This document shows positions 18,851-30,950 of a DNA stretch of 55,276 nt, piece by piece. The translations under genes were made by a program, and so were the position numbers. The notes beneath the pieces were generated by a model. It searched no databases. It was given only the letters and a program-made list of their open reading frames with translations, and had not been told where the DNA came from. This DNA is from Chromera velia. Its lineage: Eukaryota. Location: the NCBI GenBank assembly GCA_018398765.1, contig JAHBMJ010000167.1:1-55276 (forward strand). Reading direction: 5' to 3'. The number at the start of each line of letters is the position of its first letter. Position 1 is the stretch's first letter.

Positions 18851-21800
18851 CTGCAGGCACACAGGCCGAGCTTTTTGCTCAGGAACGACGGACGACAGCG
18901 ACGGAGGAGGTGCAGCGTCTTTGGGGACTCACTGATGCCGAAGGAAAACCCATGAGGCGAGAAAAGGCGGGTGAGTGGAAGACGCCAGGCAAGGCCACTT
19001 TTGAAGCAGTGCATGGATGGGAACCGCGAGGACAGAGAGAGGACCACTTCACAGACATGCATGCTCAACGGCCCTTGTTTTGTTTTCTCCCACGTCCCCT
19101 TACCCTCTCTTCCCTTCACACTCACGGGCGGGTCACAATGGAAAGACTGACAGGGACACTGACAGTGAGATGGAATGAAGGGTGGCGAGAAAGACAGAAG
19201 GACGGATGAAGAAACCAAGAGACGACTTCCTTGCTCCGTTTTTTTTGTTTTCTTCGCATCTTTTCTGCTTGTTGTGCCCCAAACAGAGCCTCAACAAAGC
19301 TTCGAGACTACCCTACAACCCCCTTGCCACCGCGCGACGGGTTGTCGGTCAACAAGCGATTTTACTGCGAGTGTGTCTCAACTGCTTCTCTCCTTTTGAA
19401 AGACACAAAGACTGGAAGGCACACTACACACCTCATTTCTTCAGTTGTGCATTCACTCAAAAGTACACTGTCAGTCAGACACAACGACAATGTACAAAGG
19501 GAGGACGGGGGGAATGGTCGGAGAGGGAGGGCGGCAGGGACGAGAGAGGAGAAAGGTGGGAGACGGGGGGGGAGAGAGAAGGAGAGAGCGCAAAAAGGAG
19601 AGCGCGAGGCGTGGAAGAGGAAGCATGGCTCGACGTGGGGGGTGCATAAAAAAGGAAGAGTCTTAGGAACTGGTAAAGGGAAAAAAAGAAGGAAAGAAGG
19701 AGGAGGGAGAAGAAGAAGAGATGAGCCAGTGTGATAAAGTGTCGAAGGCGATGGAGGGCATATGAAGTAGATGGACAGGGAATGAGCAGGGAAGTCAGGA
19801 TCCGGCTCAGAAGGAAACAATCGCTTCACGACTCTTCTCGAGAATGTCAGAAACAGTTCACGGGGGGAATGGAGACCAAGTAAGACGTAAAAAGGAAGCG
19901 AAAGCACGGGGACGCAAACCGAACATACTTTCGTCGCCTATGAACCTCGCAGGACAGAGTCAATGTGCGGGATTTTCCGTCTTCAGGACCGTCTCTGTCT
20001 GCAACAGTCATGAGCAAGAAACACATTTTGGACACATCGACGCAGAGGTGACGAACGCCTGGACGAATCCGACTTACCCGCTTCCACGACCAATGCCATG
20101 TGTGGCGAAATTGCCATCCAACGCGCGTCCAACCCTTAGCTGAAAGCTTGGAATAAAAAGCGTGACAGCGCTTTTCAAAGTCACAGACGCAGGCATTTAG
20201 CTATTCAGCAGACTATTATCATGGAGACGGTAAGTGAAGCGGATTGAGACGGGGGCGTTTGAGGACGGCGAAAAAAACGCTTCGAACAGTCGGAGTGCCG
20301 CTTGACCGGCTTGAGCGGAAGATGGTCAGAAGACGAGACTCTAGCTGGTAGATGCAGTCTGCAGATCACCAGTGACCCGTCTGGCCGGACCCTCAGTCTG
20401 ACTGCATGGGCGCTCGAGCATTGTGCGCACTGCTGTGCAGCTATGATACCACCGTACCCCCCGCCGGTAGAGCAGCAACATTTCAAACTTCCTTCCATAC
20501 TATTTCATACACAACTCTTCGCGTGGAGAAAGAAAAAAAAGAATAGAGAACACTTGGTTGCCAATCGTTGCTCTGACAGATGCTTTATGATCTCGAACAT
20601 CTCTGACCTTGTAATCATATATTAATATGTGCAGAGCCGCTCATGTCACGAGCCGCATGAGCCGCTCGCACCGCTCACGCGCGCAGCGCCCCAATTATTA
20701 ATAAGTTCCGCCCTCCTCGGGGCCATAAATGATCCAAAAAGAGTGAAAATAAGTGAAGACTTACTAGGCAGAACACGAAAGAGAAAAGAGGGAGATGTAT
20801 GAAAAACCGTGTGCTGAGACTCGAAGAGACTTCTCTTAGTTCTCTAAACTTCTCTTCACTGATGTTTACAGTGGACGGTGTCCTTGTGTCTGCATTTTAA
20901 GCAGTAGTAAGAACAATGTCTGTAAAACCCACGGCGTTTGTGGGCTTTAGGCACTCCACGGCGTGCCGCAGAGCGGCGGAGGAAAGTTTCCTTATGTCCG
21001 CGCCACGCCGTGGAGCGACTTTTCAAGCTACTTTGTGGAGCCCCGCGACAAACCATCACAGACTTACTTGTCAAAACATAGTGAAAACATGTATACCAAA
21101 GAGCCCCCCCAAAAATTTTGGCGCCTACGGCGTAAATTGCTCGTTTTATGAGTACATATTGTTAGGGTAGGTAGGGGAGGAGGGGGGGGGGGCGGGCGGA
21201 GAGGGATGCACCACTGCAGAGGGGCTTGAAAGAGTCCATGGCGCAGCTGCAGACCAAATTGAAGAGCCGCGCGGCTGCGTAAAATGGCGGTTTTACAGGT
21301 ATTGGGTAAGAAGAATAGTGTGGGGGTTGGTGAAAAAAGATCAAAAATAATGGGGCCATACCAAGTAAAAACAGCAGGAGCAGTAAAAGCAGGATTGCAG
21401 ACAGCAGCGCTTAAAGCAGCGTCAGCATGCATTAGGAGAGCGAGAGAAACACAAGCGATAGGGAACAGTAGTGACAGGGAAGACCAGGGAAGACAGGGGT
21501 TATATCACTAGCTACAGCAGGAGACGTGACGGTCACCGCTGTACAGCACTTCTGAGGAGGAGGGCAACTGGGTATGAGAGACTAGATGAGACATCAGTTA
21601 ATTAACTAAATTAGTTAATTCAAAAGTGAAAAGAATGACATGCATACAATGTAACAATAAAAACCATTATCCCATATTATCTCTAAAAAATGAAGACTTA
21701 GACTAAGGGGGGTCATTGAAAGTAGTACAACGAACAGCCTAATCGAGGCAAATCGAGGCCACCAGACCAAACCCTAGACCCAACCATATATGTATGCAAA

Positions 21801-22006
21801 GATCCCGAGGCTTCAGCCGAGCAGGCTGAGCAACTCTTGCCAGATAAAAACATAGAGGAGGTAGGGGGAGGTTAAAAAGAGTATCAAAAAATTGTTAAAA
21901 ATTAATTCATACAAAATATGTCTGAAAGACTGAAACTCAAAATTTATCAAATTTTTAATGTGATCACTTTGGGACTAACAAATTTTAAAAATAATTCTCT
22001 TATCTA

Positions 22007-22233
22007 ACCTGGTTGGATAAAGGGGGGAGCAGGGTCCACGGCAGATCGATTCACGGTCAAATGCGGCAGTGCCCATAGTACTTGCACATAGTTGTATAAG
22101 CATAACGCCACATAACGCATAGTATTACGTACGGTGGCGTATGTATGTGGTACCCATACGTACCCATAGGCCCCCACAGGTATCCAAGCGTACCCAAGGA
22201 GGGGGAAAGTTAGCAAAGTTTATCCAACTAGGT
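22007..22233. mobile_element. MITE-like element with 15-bp inverted ends
   Basis: ACCTGGTTGGATAAA (22007-22021) and TTTATCCAACTAGGT (22219-22233) match at 14/15. Related half-sites flank both ends. No clear TSD. Confidence 0.45.
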
Positions 22234-25143
22234 GCCAGGTCGGATAAAAAAAAAAAAATTCAGCTATTTTTCAGCCTCTTTCTCTAACCCTTTCTCTGTG
22301 TAAATAAGTCGTTGCGGTATATCAATATAATGTTTAATACATGCCCTCCGTGCCAATACGTTCTAAGCCATGCTCTACCCAAGCCCAAGCCAAGGCTATA
22401 TTGAACTTGTAGATCAATATGGTCTTGAAAAGCAAAGCGGGAGAAAGACTACTACCATTTAGCATTCATTATTCTCTCGTATTCTAGCCGGTTTCTCTTT
22501 TTGTTATTGCACTTCTTTCAAGGTGCACGTCTTCTTTTTATAAAAAAAAAAAGTATTATTTCTAAAATTTTTCTTCTTTATTCATCGTGAGATACTAATA
22601 ATATCGCATACTATCATGATCTTTGGTTTTCGTTTCTCAAATCTCTACCACTTTTTTGACATCTTTGTCTATTGGATCATCGCTCTCTTTATATGATTTT
22701 TTAGGTATTTTTGAGAAAAAGTCTTACTTGGCAGTGCATTAATATAATATTTGTTTTCCCGTCAATAAACACATTGACTGACATGCTCCTATCATCCTCC
22801 TTGTAAGCATGCACCAGGCGTACTGGGTAGTATCGGGTAGTACAGGCTATGATGCATACAGCATGTATGGCAAGACTTAGTCTAGGGAAGTCATATTAAG
22901 TTAACATGCACATCCGATAATATCATGAATTTTTTTGTCTTTCTCTAGTATCTTAATATATCTTAATTTCTTCTCAGTGTTTAATTGTTCCCTTAAAAGC
23001 TTTAGGTCTTTTATAATGGTTACCTATATTTACTGCAGAATTTGTGCACTTATGATAGTCAATCATCTCTGTACAAATTTGAATTTCCTGACAGGGCCTT
23101 GCGTAGATGTATTGTCAGTCATTCGATCCTTTTTCTGTTAATATTAAATAATATGAAATAAGGTTGAATACAAACAATATACAAACATCTTTTTCAAAGT
23201 CTGCAAAATAGTACTACAGCATACTACAGCCAGTACTACATGACAATAGTACATGTTTAAGGCTTAACTTTAAGTATCTGTAACATATTGGTTAACCATT
23301 TTGAAGAAGAGAAAAACATACGGATGTGGAGGAGTTAGACTCTGAGGCTCCAGCCATCAGCCACCGTCAGCTTTCCACAGTGACTTGTTATCACTTTTTT
23401 TATCAGGCCATGAAAAGGGGGCCCGGGTGGGATAGGTAGAGACGGGATCAGCAGAAGTCTGCCAGAAAAAATTCTTTCCTGTATCACAGCTACTAGCCTC
23501 CTTGTCACTCTCCTATCTGTTTGTGTAGTTTTTATCTGACTTTAAGAATAGAGGCACTGTAATAGGTTAATAACCTATAGTTAGTAAAAAAGGGAGAGAT
23601 CTCTCGCAATAGTATCTATGTGATATTTAAGAGTCTGTGTATCTGACTGTGTCTCTAACGGTTCTGTCAAGCACTTTATAACTATCAAGAGTCTCCTGAG
23701 CAGTGACTTTATCGGTTTGGATCGTTGACCATGCTCTCCAATTTTCTTCTTTCATTCTCTTCTGAAGTTTTCTTCTGTTTCAAACAGTTGTCGCGTGATC
23801 AGCAGTTTCAAAGTCTTTTCGATCAGTGTTGAAATCACATGATCAGCAGTTGGTTACTTCTGTATTTTTATACAGAGGAGTGTATGTTGGAGAGGCAGGA
23901 AGGAAGCAGTTTTCTTCAGTTTAATCTTTATCCATGCCAGTGCTGCTTGCATCTCTTTCTTCTTCCAAAGGACGTGAATGGCTGCAAAGACATTGTCAAG
24001 GTAGGAACTGGTAGGGACGTCTCTCTCCCTCTGGTTTTTCCTCGCTTTGCACATGCGCAGTCACTGACAGCAGTACCCTGGAAGCAGAGAAAGACCATTC
24101 TCAAGAGTCACCTGCAGCGTGCTTTCCTTTTTTCTCTGTGTCATTACAGCAAGTTTAAAGAATCACTCAAAGCATTGGGGTAGGAGCTTTTGCTTAGGCT
24201 TTTGCACTTCAGATTCAGTAAGAGGGAGATTCAGAATGCAACAGACAGTCTGTTCTATTCAGTGGAAGAAGCATCATGCAATCAGTTTCTTATTATTCAG
24301 ATATCGATTTAGTTTAGTTCAGATATTAATGGTTCAAGGTTTGGCTTGTCAATGACTTGGAGTAAGTTATGGCTCGATGTGAAATTAATCGTTGCAAAGC
24401 GTTGCGACGTGTTGCGATATTATGCAGTGTTACAAGCATGCATGCAACTAGTGTATGCAATGCTCGCACACATGCTTTTTGAGCCGTGACGCTAAGCTTT
24501 GAGGGGCACGTTTGTTTTGTAAGCGTGTTATTCAAGCTCAAGTAGCAGTTTGTGGTGTGAGCCCTTGATGAGCTTCTGGGTTTGTAAGCTGCTTCACGAA
24601 CAACTGCATACTACCAACTTAAAACTTCTGTCGGCAATGTGAAGACAGAACCTCTAGCCTCCTTAAGCCCTCCTAGAGGTTGTGCATCTCGATCTAGGAA
24701 TTTGAGGCCTACGCTTTAGATGGTCTGCCAATATGTATGTCAGCACATCTGTTGGCATCTCAGCCGGCAGCTGCCAGCAGCTCAACCAGCAGGCGTGCAT
24801 ACGCTCACAATGCTCGGCCCTTGGCTTCAGTTTGGGCCCGGCCGTGGGCGCGTCTGAGGCCGACCCTGGCAGTGCCTTTCACTAAAGAGACCTTAACACA
24901 TTCTTCTTTCTTACAAGAGCAATTTCACGTGCTCTTCTTACCCACATTTGCCCACCTCTCATTCCAGGCTCTCCTTGACTGTCCCTAACACCTGGACCTC
25001 TTCAAATTCAAATTCGTTGACTGTCATAGACTGTCAGACAAACGAATTCATTCACTTTTTTTTTAAAGAAGTACTTGAAAAAAAAGAAAAAAAGAGAAAA
25101 AAAAAATATGACATTGAATTTCATTCCTACCATGTCTCTTTAC

Positions 25144-27674
25144 TAAAGAATGAAGACAGGGGAGATTGAGGTACGTCGCTGGCCAGACGAGATTGAGGGC
25201 GACGCCGGGGTGTGGGTCTGCCGCGCCTGCCACCCTACGACATGCCTTCGCCTTCCGGGGCCGCTTGCATTGCGCGATGCGTCATACGCCTGATTTGGTT
25301 GCATTCAGATCGATTGACGGTGCATCATTCATTGAAGCTTCTAGCTTTGCAAGAACGTTCATCCTTCTCTGTACAACCAAACTGACAGACTTTCCTAAAA
25401 GAGCTCTGACGGAAGGAAGCCTTAGGTACTTGCGCTCTAGCAGCTCTAGCTACACATGGCTTAACTGCGGAGAACAGCCCCAGGTTTTCCAAGTCTTTCT
25501 TCCAAACGTTTCTTTCCGTCTCCGCCCTACTTTCTCAAAATGTTTGCGAATACCGCTCTGAAGTTCACGGCAGAAGAGCCTCCTCAGAGGCAACAGTATG
25601 CAAACTCCGAGGAGTATCTTCAAATCCTTTCTCTGTGGGTTCGGATGTATGCTTCGTACACTAGACTGCAGAAGTTGTTGGGAGCGATTTGTGTTTCTTC
25701 GTTTGGATCGGACAAGGCCCTTCACAAGAGGGCCAACAAGTTGGCGCAAGACCCCCAGCACACACTGCCTCAGCGTCAGATTGCTGAAGAACTTCCGGAG
25801 TTCCAGAAGAGATTGAAGGACTGGGGAGCCGCTTTCATTGCAACACTTCAAGGAGTCCAGGTCCAGCTGCCACCAGATCTCCAAAAGGAGACGGCGTGGA
25901 ACACGTTCTCATGTTTCCCTCAGCTAGTGGAGGGAAAAGGCTTTTCCGAAGCCGAACTCGGAGGGGCTTTTCAGGAAGTGCAAGATGATTTGAAGGATCG
26001 GGACCTTGAAGCACATGACTGGGTTGCAGGCATCACTTTCTGGCCTCTTCTCTGTGAAGAGACGAAAGCGTTGGCGCGGACAAAGCCGAAGAAGCAGGTG
26101 GGGGGGCAAGGGAAGCCGGTAGCCGTAAAGTACAGCTGGGAGTACCAGAAGGAGGTGATGGCGGAAGCATCACCTACGCTGGACCCCCGCCATACTCGTT
26201 ACGACTGGGTGCCCTCTGTCGCCTCCGGAATCCTCTGTGTCATCTCCGGTTCGACCGGGGTAGACATGGAGATTTCGACCCTTCACAAGTCTCTGTTATC
26301 TGCAGCTGGCACTTCAGATGGCAAGCTTGCAGACCTAACCCTTCAAGCCATTCTTTCGGGGGGGGTCAGTGCTCTTACTAACCCCGACTTCGAGTCAATG
26401 AGCGTGGAGACGGTACGACAGCTCCGTCAACTGTCTTCCAAGTTTGCTTCAAAGTACGACAAGCATTTTAGCCCTTCGGGTAGCCGAAATCAGAAAGAAA
26501 AGGAGAAAGGAAGCCATGAAAAGAGGGAGGGATCTGATGAAAATGGACAGAGACGGCAGAATGGACAGAGCGAGAAGTCTCACTCAGAGTCTTCGTCTAG
26601 CTCTTCGTCTGGCAATTCTTTTTCGCTGTCTGAGTCCGACGTCTCTCACATCGCAGCGCAAATATTGCAGATGCAAGAGAAGAAGCAGAGTGAGAAAGAA
26701 AAAGAGAAGGAGGGGGAGAAAGGGAATGGAAAGAAGGAGAAGGTTCGCTTCTCAGAGGAGAGAGTGAGAATGGCTAACGCTTCTTGCGGAGCTGAGCTCC
26801 AAGAGTTGGTTAGACACGGAGGTCGTCATGTCGACATCGTATTCGACTATTCTGAGCTTCCTTTTGCACTTCAGGATATCCCCATCTACGAGGTAGCATG
26901 TGCCACTGAGGGGGAGGGTTCAGAGATGACCGCCGTCTCCTCAACTTCCGAGGAGAACAAAGAAGGGGGGGGCAACTTCGACTCTTTCCAGGACTATTTA
27001 GGAGGGGAGGCAGCGTTCAAGGCCAGATTTGTCCACTGCTGATTTCATCACAAATTTCTTTTCTCCAATTCATCTCTGCCTGCACATGTGGTTGATAGCT
27101 TGTTATGCATGTAGTTTCTCTATCGTCAGGATCTGATAAGCGACGATCCTTTGGACTTGGGAGAAGAGCATGAATTGTATTTTCGGCACGCATTGCTAAT
27201 AGTATGACAAACGATCAGTGGGAGAAGAGAAGAAAGATTTTGGGCTCAGTAGTTAGAGCATGCGGCTGACCTTTATTTTCTTCACTTTATATTCTTCTTG
27301 TCTCGCTCCCTCCGTTCTTGTGTGTCACATTGGAATCGAGGGGGGGAGTGAAGAATGAAGACAGGGGAGATTGAGGTACGTCGCCGGCCAGACGAGATTG
27401 AGGGTGGCGCTGGGGTGCGGGTCTGCCGCGCTTGCCGCCCTATAATATGCTTTCGCCTTCTGGGGCTGCTTGCATTGCGTGATACGTCATGCGCCTAATT
27501 TGGTTGTATTCAGATCGATTGACGGTGCATCATTTATTGAAGCTTCTAGCTTTGCAAAAATGTTTGTCCTTCTCTGTATGACCGAACTGACAGACTTTCC
27601 TAAAAGAGCTCTGACGGAAGGAAGCCTTGGATATTTACACTCTAGTAGCTCTAGCTACACATGGCTTAACTGCA
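25144..27674 (+). mobile_element. Non-autonomous LTR retrotransposon (2.53 kb) carrying a single ORF
   Basis: 326-bp direct repeats at 25144-25469 and 27349-27674 (the 3' copy is TG...CA). Polypurine tract GAGGGGGGGAG at 27338-27348 abuts the 3' LTR. Near-TSD tttac (25139-25143) / tgtac (27675-27679). Confidence 0.92.
25540..27042 (+). CDS. Intronless 500-aa ORF of the LTR element, Gag-like by position
   Basis: ATG lies 70 nt after the 5' LTR and the frame is uninterrupted. Helical-looking N-terminal half and a charged, Ser-rich C-terminal half. No RT (YxDD), integrase, protease (D[ST]G) or zinc-knuckle motif seen. Confidence 0.8.
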   Translation: MFANTALKFTAEEPPQRQQYANSEEYLQILSLWVRMYASYTRLQKLLGAICVSSFGSDKALHKRANKLAQDPQHTLPQRQIAEELPEFQKRLKDWGAAFIATLQGVQVQLPPDLQKETAWNTFSCFPQLVEGKGFSEAELGGAFQEVQDDLKDRDLEAHDWVAGITFWPLLCEETKALARTKPKKQVGGQGKPVAVKYSWEYQKEVMAEASPTLDPRHTRYDWVPSVASGILCVISGSTGVDMEISTLHKSLLSAAGTSDGKLADLTLQAILSGGVSALTNPDFESMSVETVRQLRQLSSKFASKYDKHFSPSGSRNQKEKEKGSHEKREGSDENGQRRQNGQSEKSHSESSSSSSSGNSFSLSESDVSHIAAQILQMQEKKQSEKEKEKEGEKGNGKKEKVRFSEERVRMANASCGAELQELVRHGGRHVDIVFDYSELPFALQDIPIYEVACATEGEGSEMTAVSSTSEENKEGGGNFDSFQDYLGGEAAFKARFVHC

Positions 27675-27769
27675 TGTACCACGATCATGGACGCACCTCT
27701 CAGTGCTTTCACCATGCTCTCACCCTGTCTCACCCCTGGGGGCCACGGCATGTCCCGTAGGGACATTAC

Positions 27770-27945
27770 AATGCATGATGTGGGCGTCTCCGCGCGCCGC
27801 ATGCATGCATGAATCCGCGAGCGCCCCGCGCGGCCGGGTTCTGAACTCCTTCTTTATAGTACGTGTCTCTCTGGTCCTGTGTCGGGCCAGTATGCATCTT
27901 GCCTGCATGACTTGCATGCATGCGCATGCATCATGCATTGTATGC
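27770..27945. promoter_or_regulatory. Dense TGCATG(CA) motif cluster upstream of the LRR gene
   Basis: Multiple overlapping (T)GCATGCA copies, e.g. 27799-27812 and 27912-27938. The motif is a known ApiAP2-bound element in apicomplexans. Its function here is inferred. Confidence 0.35.
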
Positions 27946-28186
27946 GTTTTTATAATGTTTTTATACGTGCGTATTTATGTAGGAATGTTTCGTTTGTTCA
28001 GATGAGGAGCTTTTGCTGATGTTCGTGCTCAGAATGCGCGGAAAAAGAGCCCGAAGTCTCTTCCGAGTGAAGGGAAAGTCAGTGTACAATCCGGTTGGGG
28101 TTGAACGCAAGGTTCCTGTTATTCCTTTGCGCCGTCTCCTATATATAAATCGACCCAAGTCCAATACAAGAAAGGAAGAACGAGAA

Positions 28187-29394
28187 ATGGGAGGAGGGGC
28201 GTCTTCCCCACAGAGGAAAGTCGTCTTCCTTGCAAAGAAGATCGCATATGACACGTTCATCCGTGAGCAACCGTTCATGCTCGGTCAGGGTGAGAAAGCT
28301 GAGTGGAGCTACCACTTTGCAGAACCCAAACTGACTCTGGACCTGGACGGATCTGCCCACACGAGGGAACAGTCGCTGTCATCAGTTTTCCCCATCATCG
28401 TCGTACCTGATTCTCTTCGTGAAGTTCCTTCTGCCCTTCTCCGCCTTGTCCTCAGAGCAAATGAAATTACCTTCCTTCCACCCGAAATGGGCTCTTTTGC
28501 ATGTCTGAGTCAATTGGAGGTGTTGGACGTTTCACATAACAGACTCGAAGTCGTGCCTTCCCAGCTGAGTGGACTCAGAGAACTCAGAGCTCTCTTCTTG
28601 AATCACAACTATCTCACTCGCATCCCGGCAGATCTGTTTGTCCACTGCACAAAGTTGGGCTGGTTGAATGCTTCAACGAACCGCATCCAATCCCTCCCTG
28701 AAGCCCTCTTCTCCCACGGAGGGTTGGAAGTGCTCAACATGTCCAGCAACAAAATCAAAACTCTCGAGAGATTCTGTACACCCAAACTGAGAATCCTCAA
28801 TCTGTCGACGAACAAGATAGGCAGTCAGGTCTCATGCAAGGACTGCGTCTGTCTGACTGACATCAACTTGGCAAGGAACCCTTGCCGGTTCACTGTGAGG
28901 GTCGATCGGCACACTCCGGTACAGCTGATCAACCAAGCGTCTAACGCTGTCTTTGGCCTTCCTCCGAAGTTCAGCACTCTCTCGGCTCTCCGTCAGCTCA
29001 TTTTGGCCAGTAACGAGCTGCGAAACGTGCCGTCTGTTCTGTTTTCGATGGAGAATCTGGAACTGTTGAACCTCTCGCACAACAAGATAAAAGAAATCCC
29101 AAAGGACATCGCGAAGATCCACAACCTCCACAGTCTTTACTTGAAACAGAACGAAGTCGAGACGCTCCCAAGTCAGCACATCCATAAACTGATTTTCTGT
29201 CCTGAAGATTAAAGCCGTTGACTGGCAGGAAGTTGATTTGACTTCTCGCCATCTCCATCTCTCCAACGACCATTCTCTTCCAAGGCACAGAACGTTTCTG
29301 TACACTCTTTTCCTGCAGTCCAACAGGATTTCTCGCAGTCTCCACGTTTTTCGTCCGTCCAGGCGTGCGTGCATGTGCATGTGCTTGTGTGTCT

Positions 29395-29436
<42 letters not shown>

Positions 29437-29856
29437 GAGTCAGACTTCTTCTGTCCAAAATTGTTCGTCGATTTGTTTGTACTTGCAGTTGAACTCGTCC
29501 ACCTGCCAATGCTCAAACGTCTCACGTTGGAAGGTCTGTCTGTTGCCTTCCTGTCGCTCCACCAAAACATTCTAGGTGCTATACTTCCATGCAGTCCCTG
29601 TGTTTCCGTCTCTTTCTTTCTTTCTTTCTTTCTTTCTTTTCTTTCTTTTCTTTCTTTTCTTTCTTTTCTTTCTTTTCTTTCTTTTCTTTCCTTTCTTTCT
29701 TTTCTTTCTTTTCTTTCCTTTCTTTCCTTTCTTTCCTTTCTTTCCTTTCTTTCCTTTCTTTCTTTTCTTTCTTTTCTTTCTTTTCTTTCTTTTCTTTCTT
29801 TTCTTTCTTTTCTTTCTTTTCTTTCTTTTCTTTCTTTCTTTCTCTCTTTCTCTCTT

Positions 29857-29908
<52 letters not shown>

Positions 29909-29919
29909 TCCTTTCTTTC

Positions 29920-29950
<31 letters not shown>

Positions 29951-29984
29951 TTTCTTTCTTTCTTTCTTTCTTTCTTTCTTTTTC

Positions 29985-30027
<43 letters not shown>

Positions 30028-30918
30028 TTTCCTTTCTTTCTTTCTTTTTTTTTTTTTTTTCTATCTTTCTCTCTCTCTCTCTCTCTCCCTCTGTCTCCCC
30101 CTCTCTCTCTAAGAGTGTGTCCCGATTCAGGTCTCTCTCATTCACATTTCTTGCGTAACGCCATTTGACGCCCCCCTCCCTCTTGTTCTTCTCTCGCTGC
30201 TGCAGACCTTCCCTTTCCCTCTCTACGGTACTGCATCCAATCCCCCTTAATACAATCTGCACGTTCTTTGATCTAAAGAACAAAGACAAGTTGCTCTCCT
30301 CTTTCCCCTCTATCTCTTCTCTTCAAAGCATATGTCTGCATGTGGACTTGTGCGCCCCTTCTCAGATTTTGGATTCTTCTTTAATTCTTCTCTGCTCTTC
30401 TGTTTTTCTTTTTTCGTCTTTTCCTGATGCCTGCAGGCAATCCTTTGAAACTAGAAGACGACCAGACGGCCACCCTCTGCCTCCTCTTCTCATGCCTGAC
30501 GAGGTTCGGGGGGGGACACTATCTCTCACTTCCTTTTCCGCCGTGCCAGTTTTTTGGGGTTTATGACGTTTCTCTGAAGCGTTTTCTTTCTTTCTTTCTT
30601 TCTCTCTCTCTCTCTCTCTCCCTCTCTCTCTCTCTCTTTCCACTGCTCCATTCCTCTCTGTCTCCCTCTCTTTTCCTCTGCATCCCACCCCTGCTGCAAC
30701 TCTGACTCTCTGCTCTTTACGTCTCCTTTCCTCGTTCCCTTTTAACTCCCGTGAGTGTGCATTGGTGTTCCATCACTGAAGTCCTGGCACAGATGATCAT
30801 GTCGCTCCCTGTATGTCTCTGTCATTTCATGTGGAATGAATCAGTGGGACTGGGGAAATGCCGACTGTGCCGCGAAGACAGAGACAAAGAATGGGGAAAA
30901 ACATCTCTCTCTGTCTTT

Positions 30919-30950
<32 letters not shown>

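Noticed and set aside
20856..21074. Minus-strand peptide YRHCSYYCLKCRHKDTVHCKH resembling a piggyBac C-terminal Cys-rich domain
   Set aside because: Too short, with no upstream transposase frame and no TTAA-flanked TIRs found.
23700..24200. Coding-like minus-strand stretch with several stops in an AT-rich island
   Set aside because: Probably a decayed TE ORF, but there is no motif to support a call.
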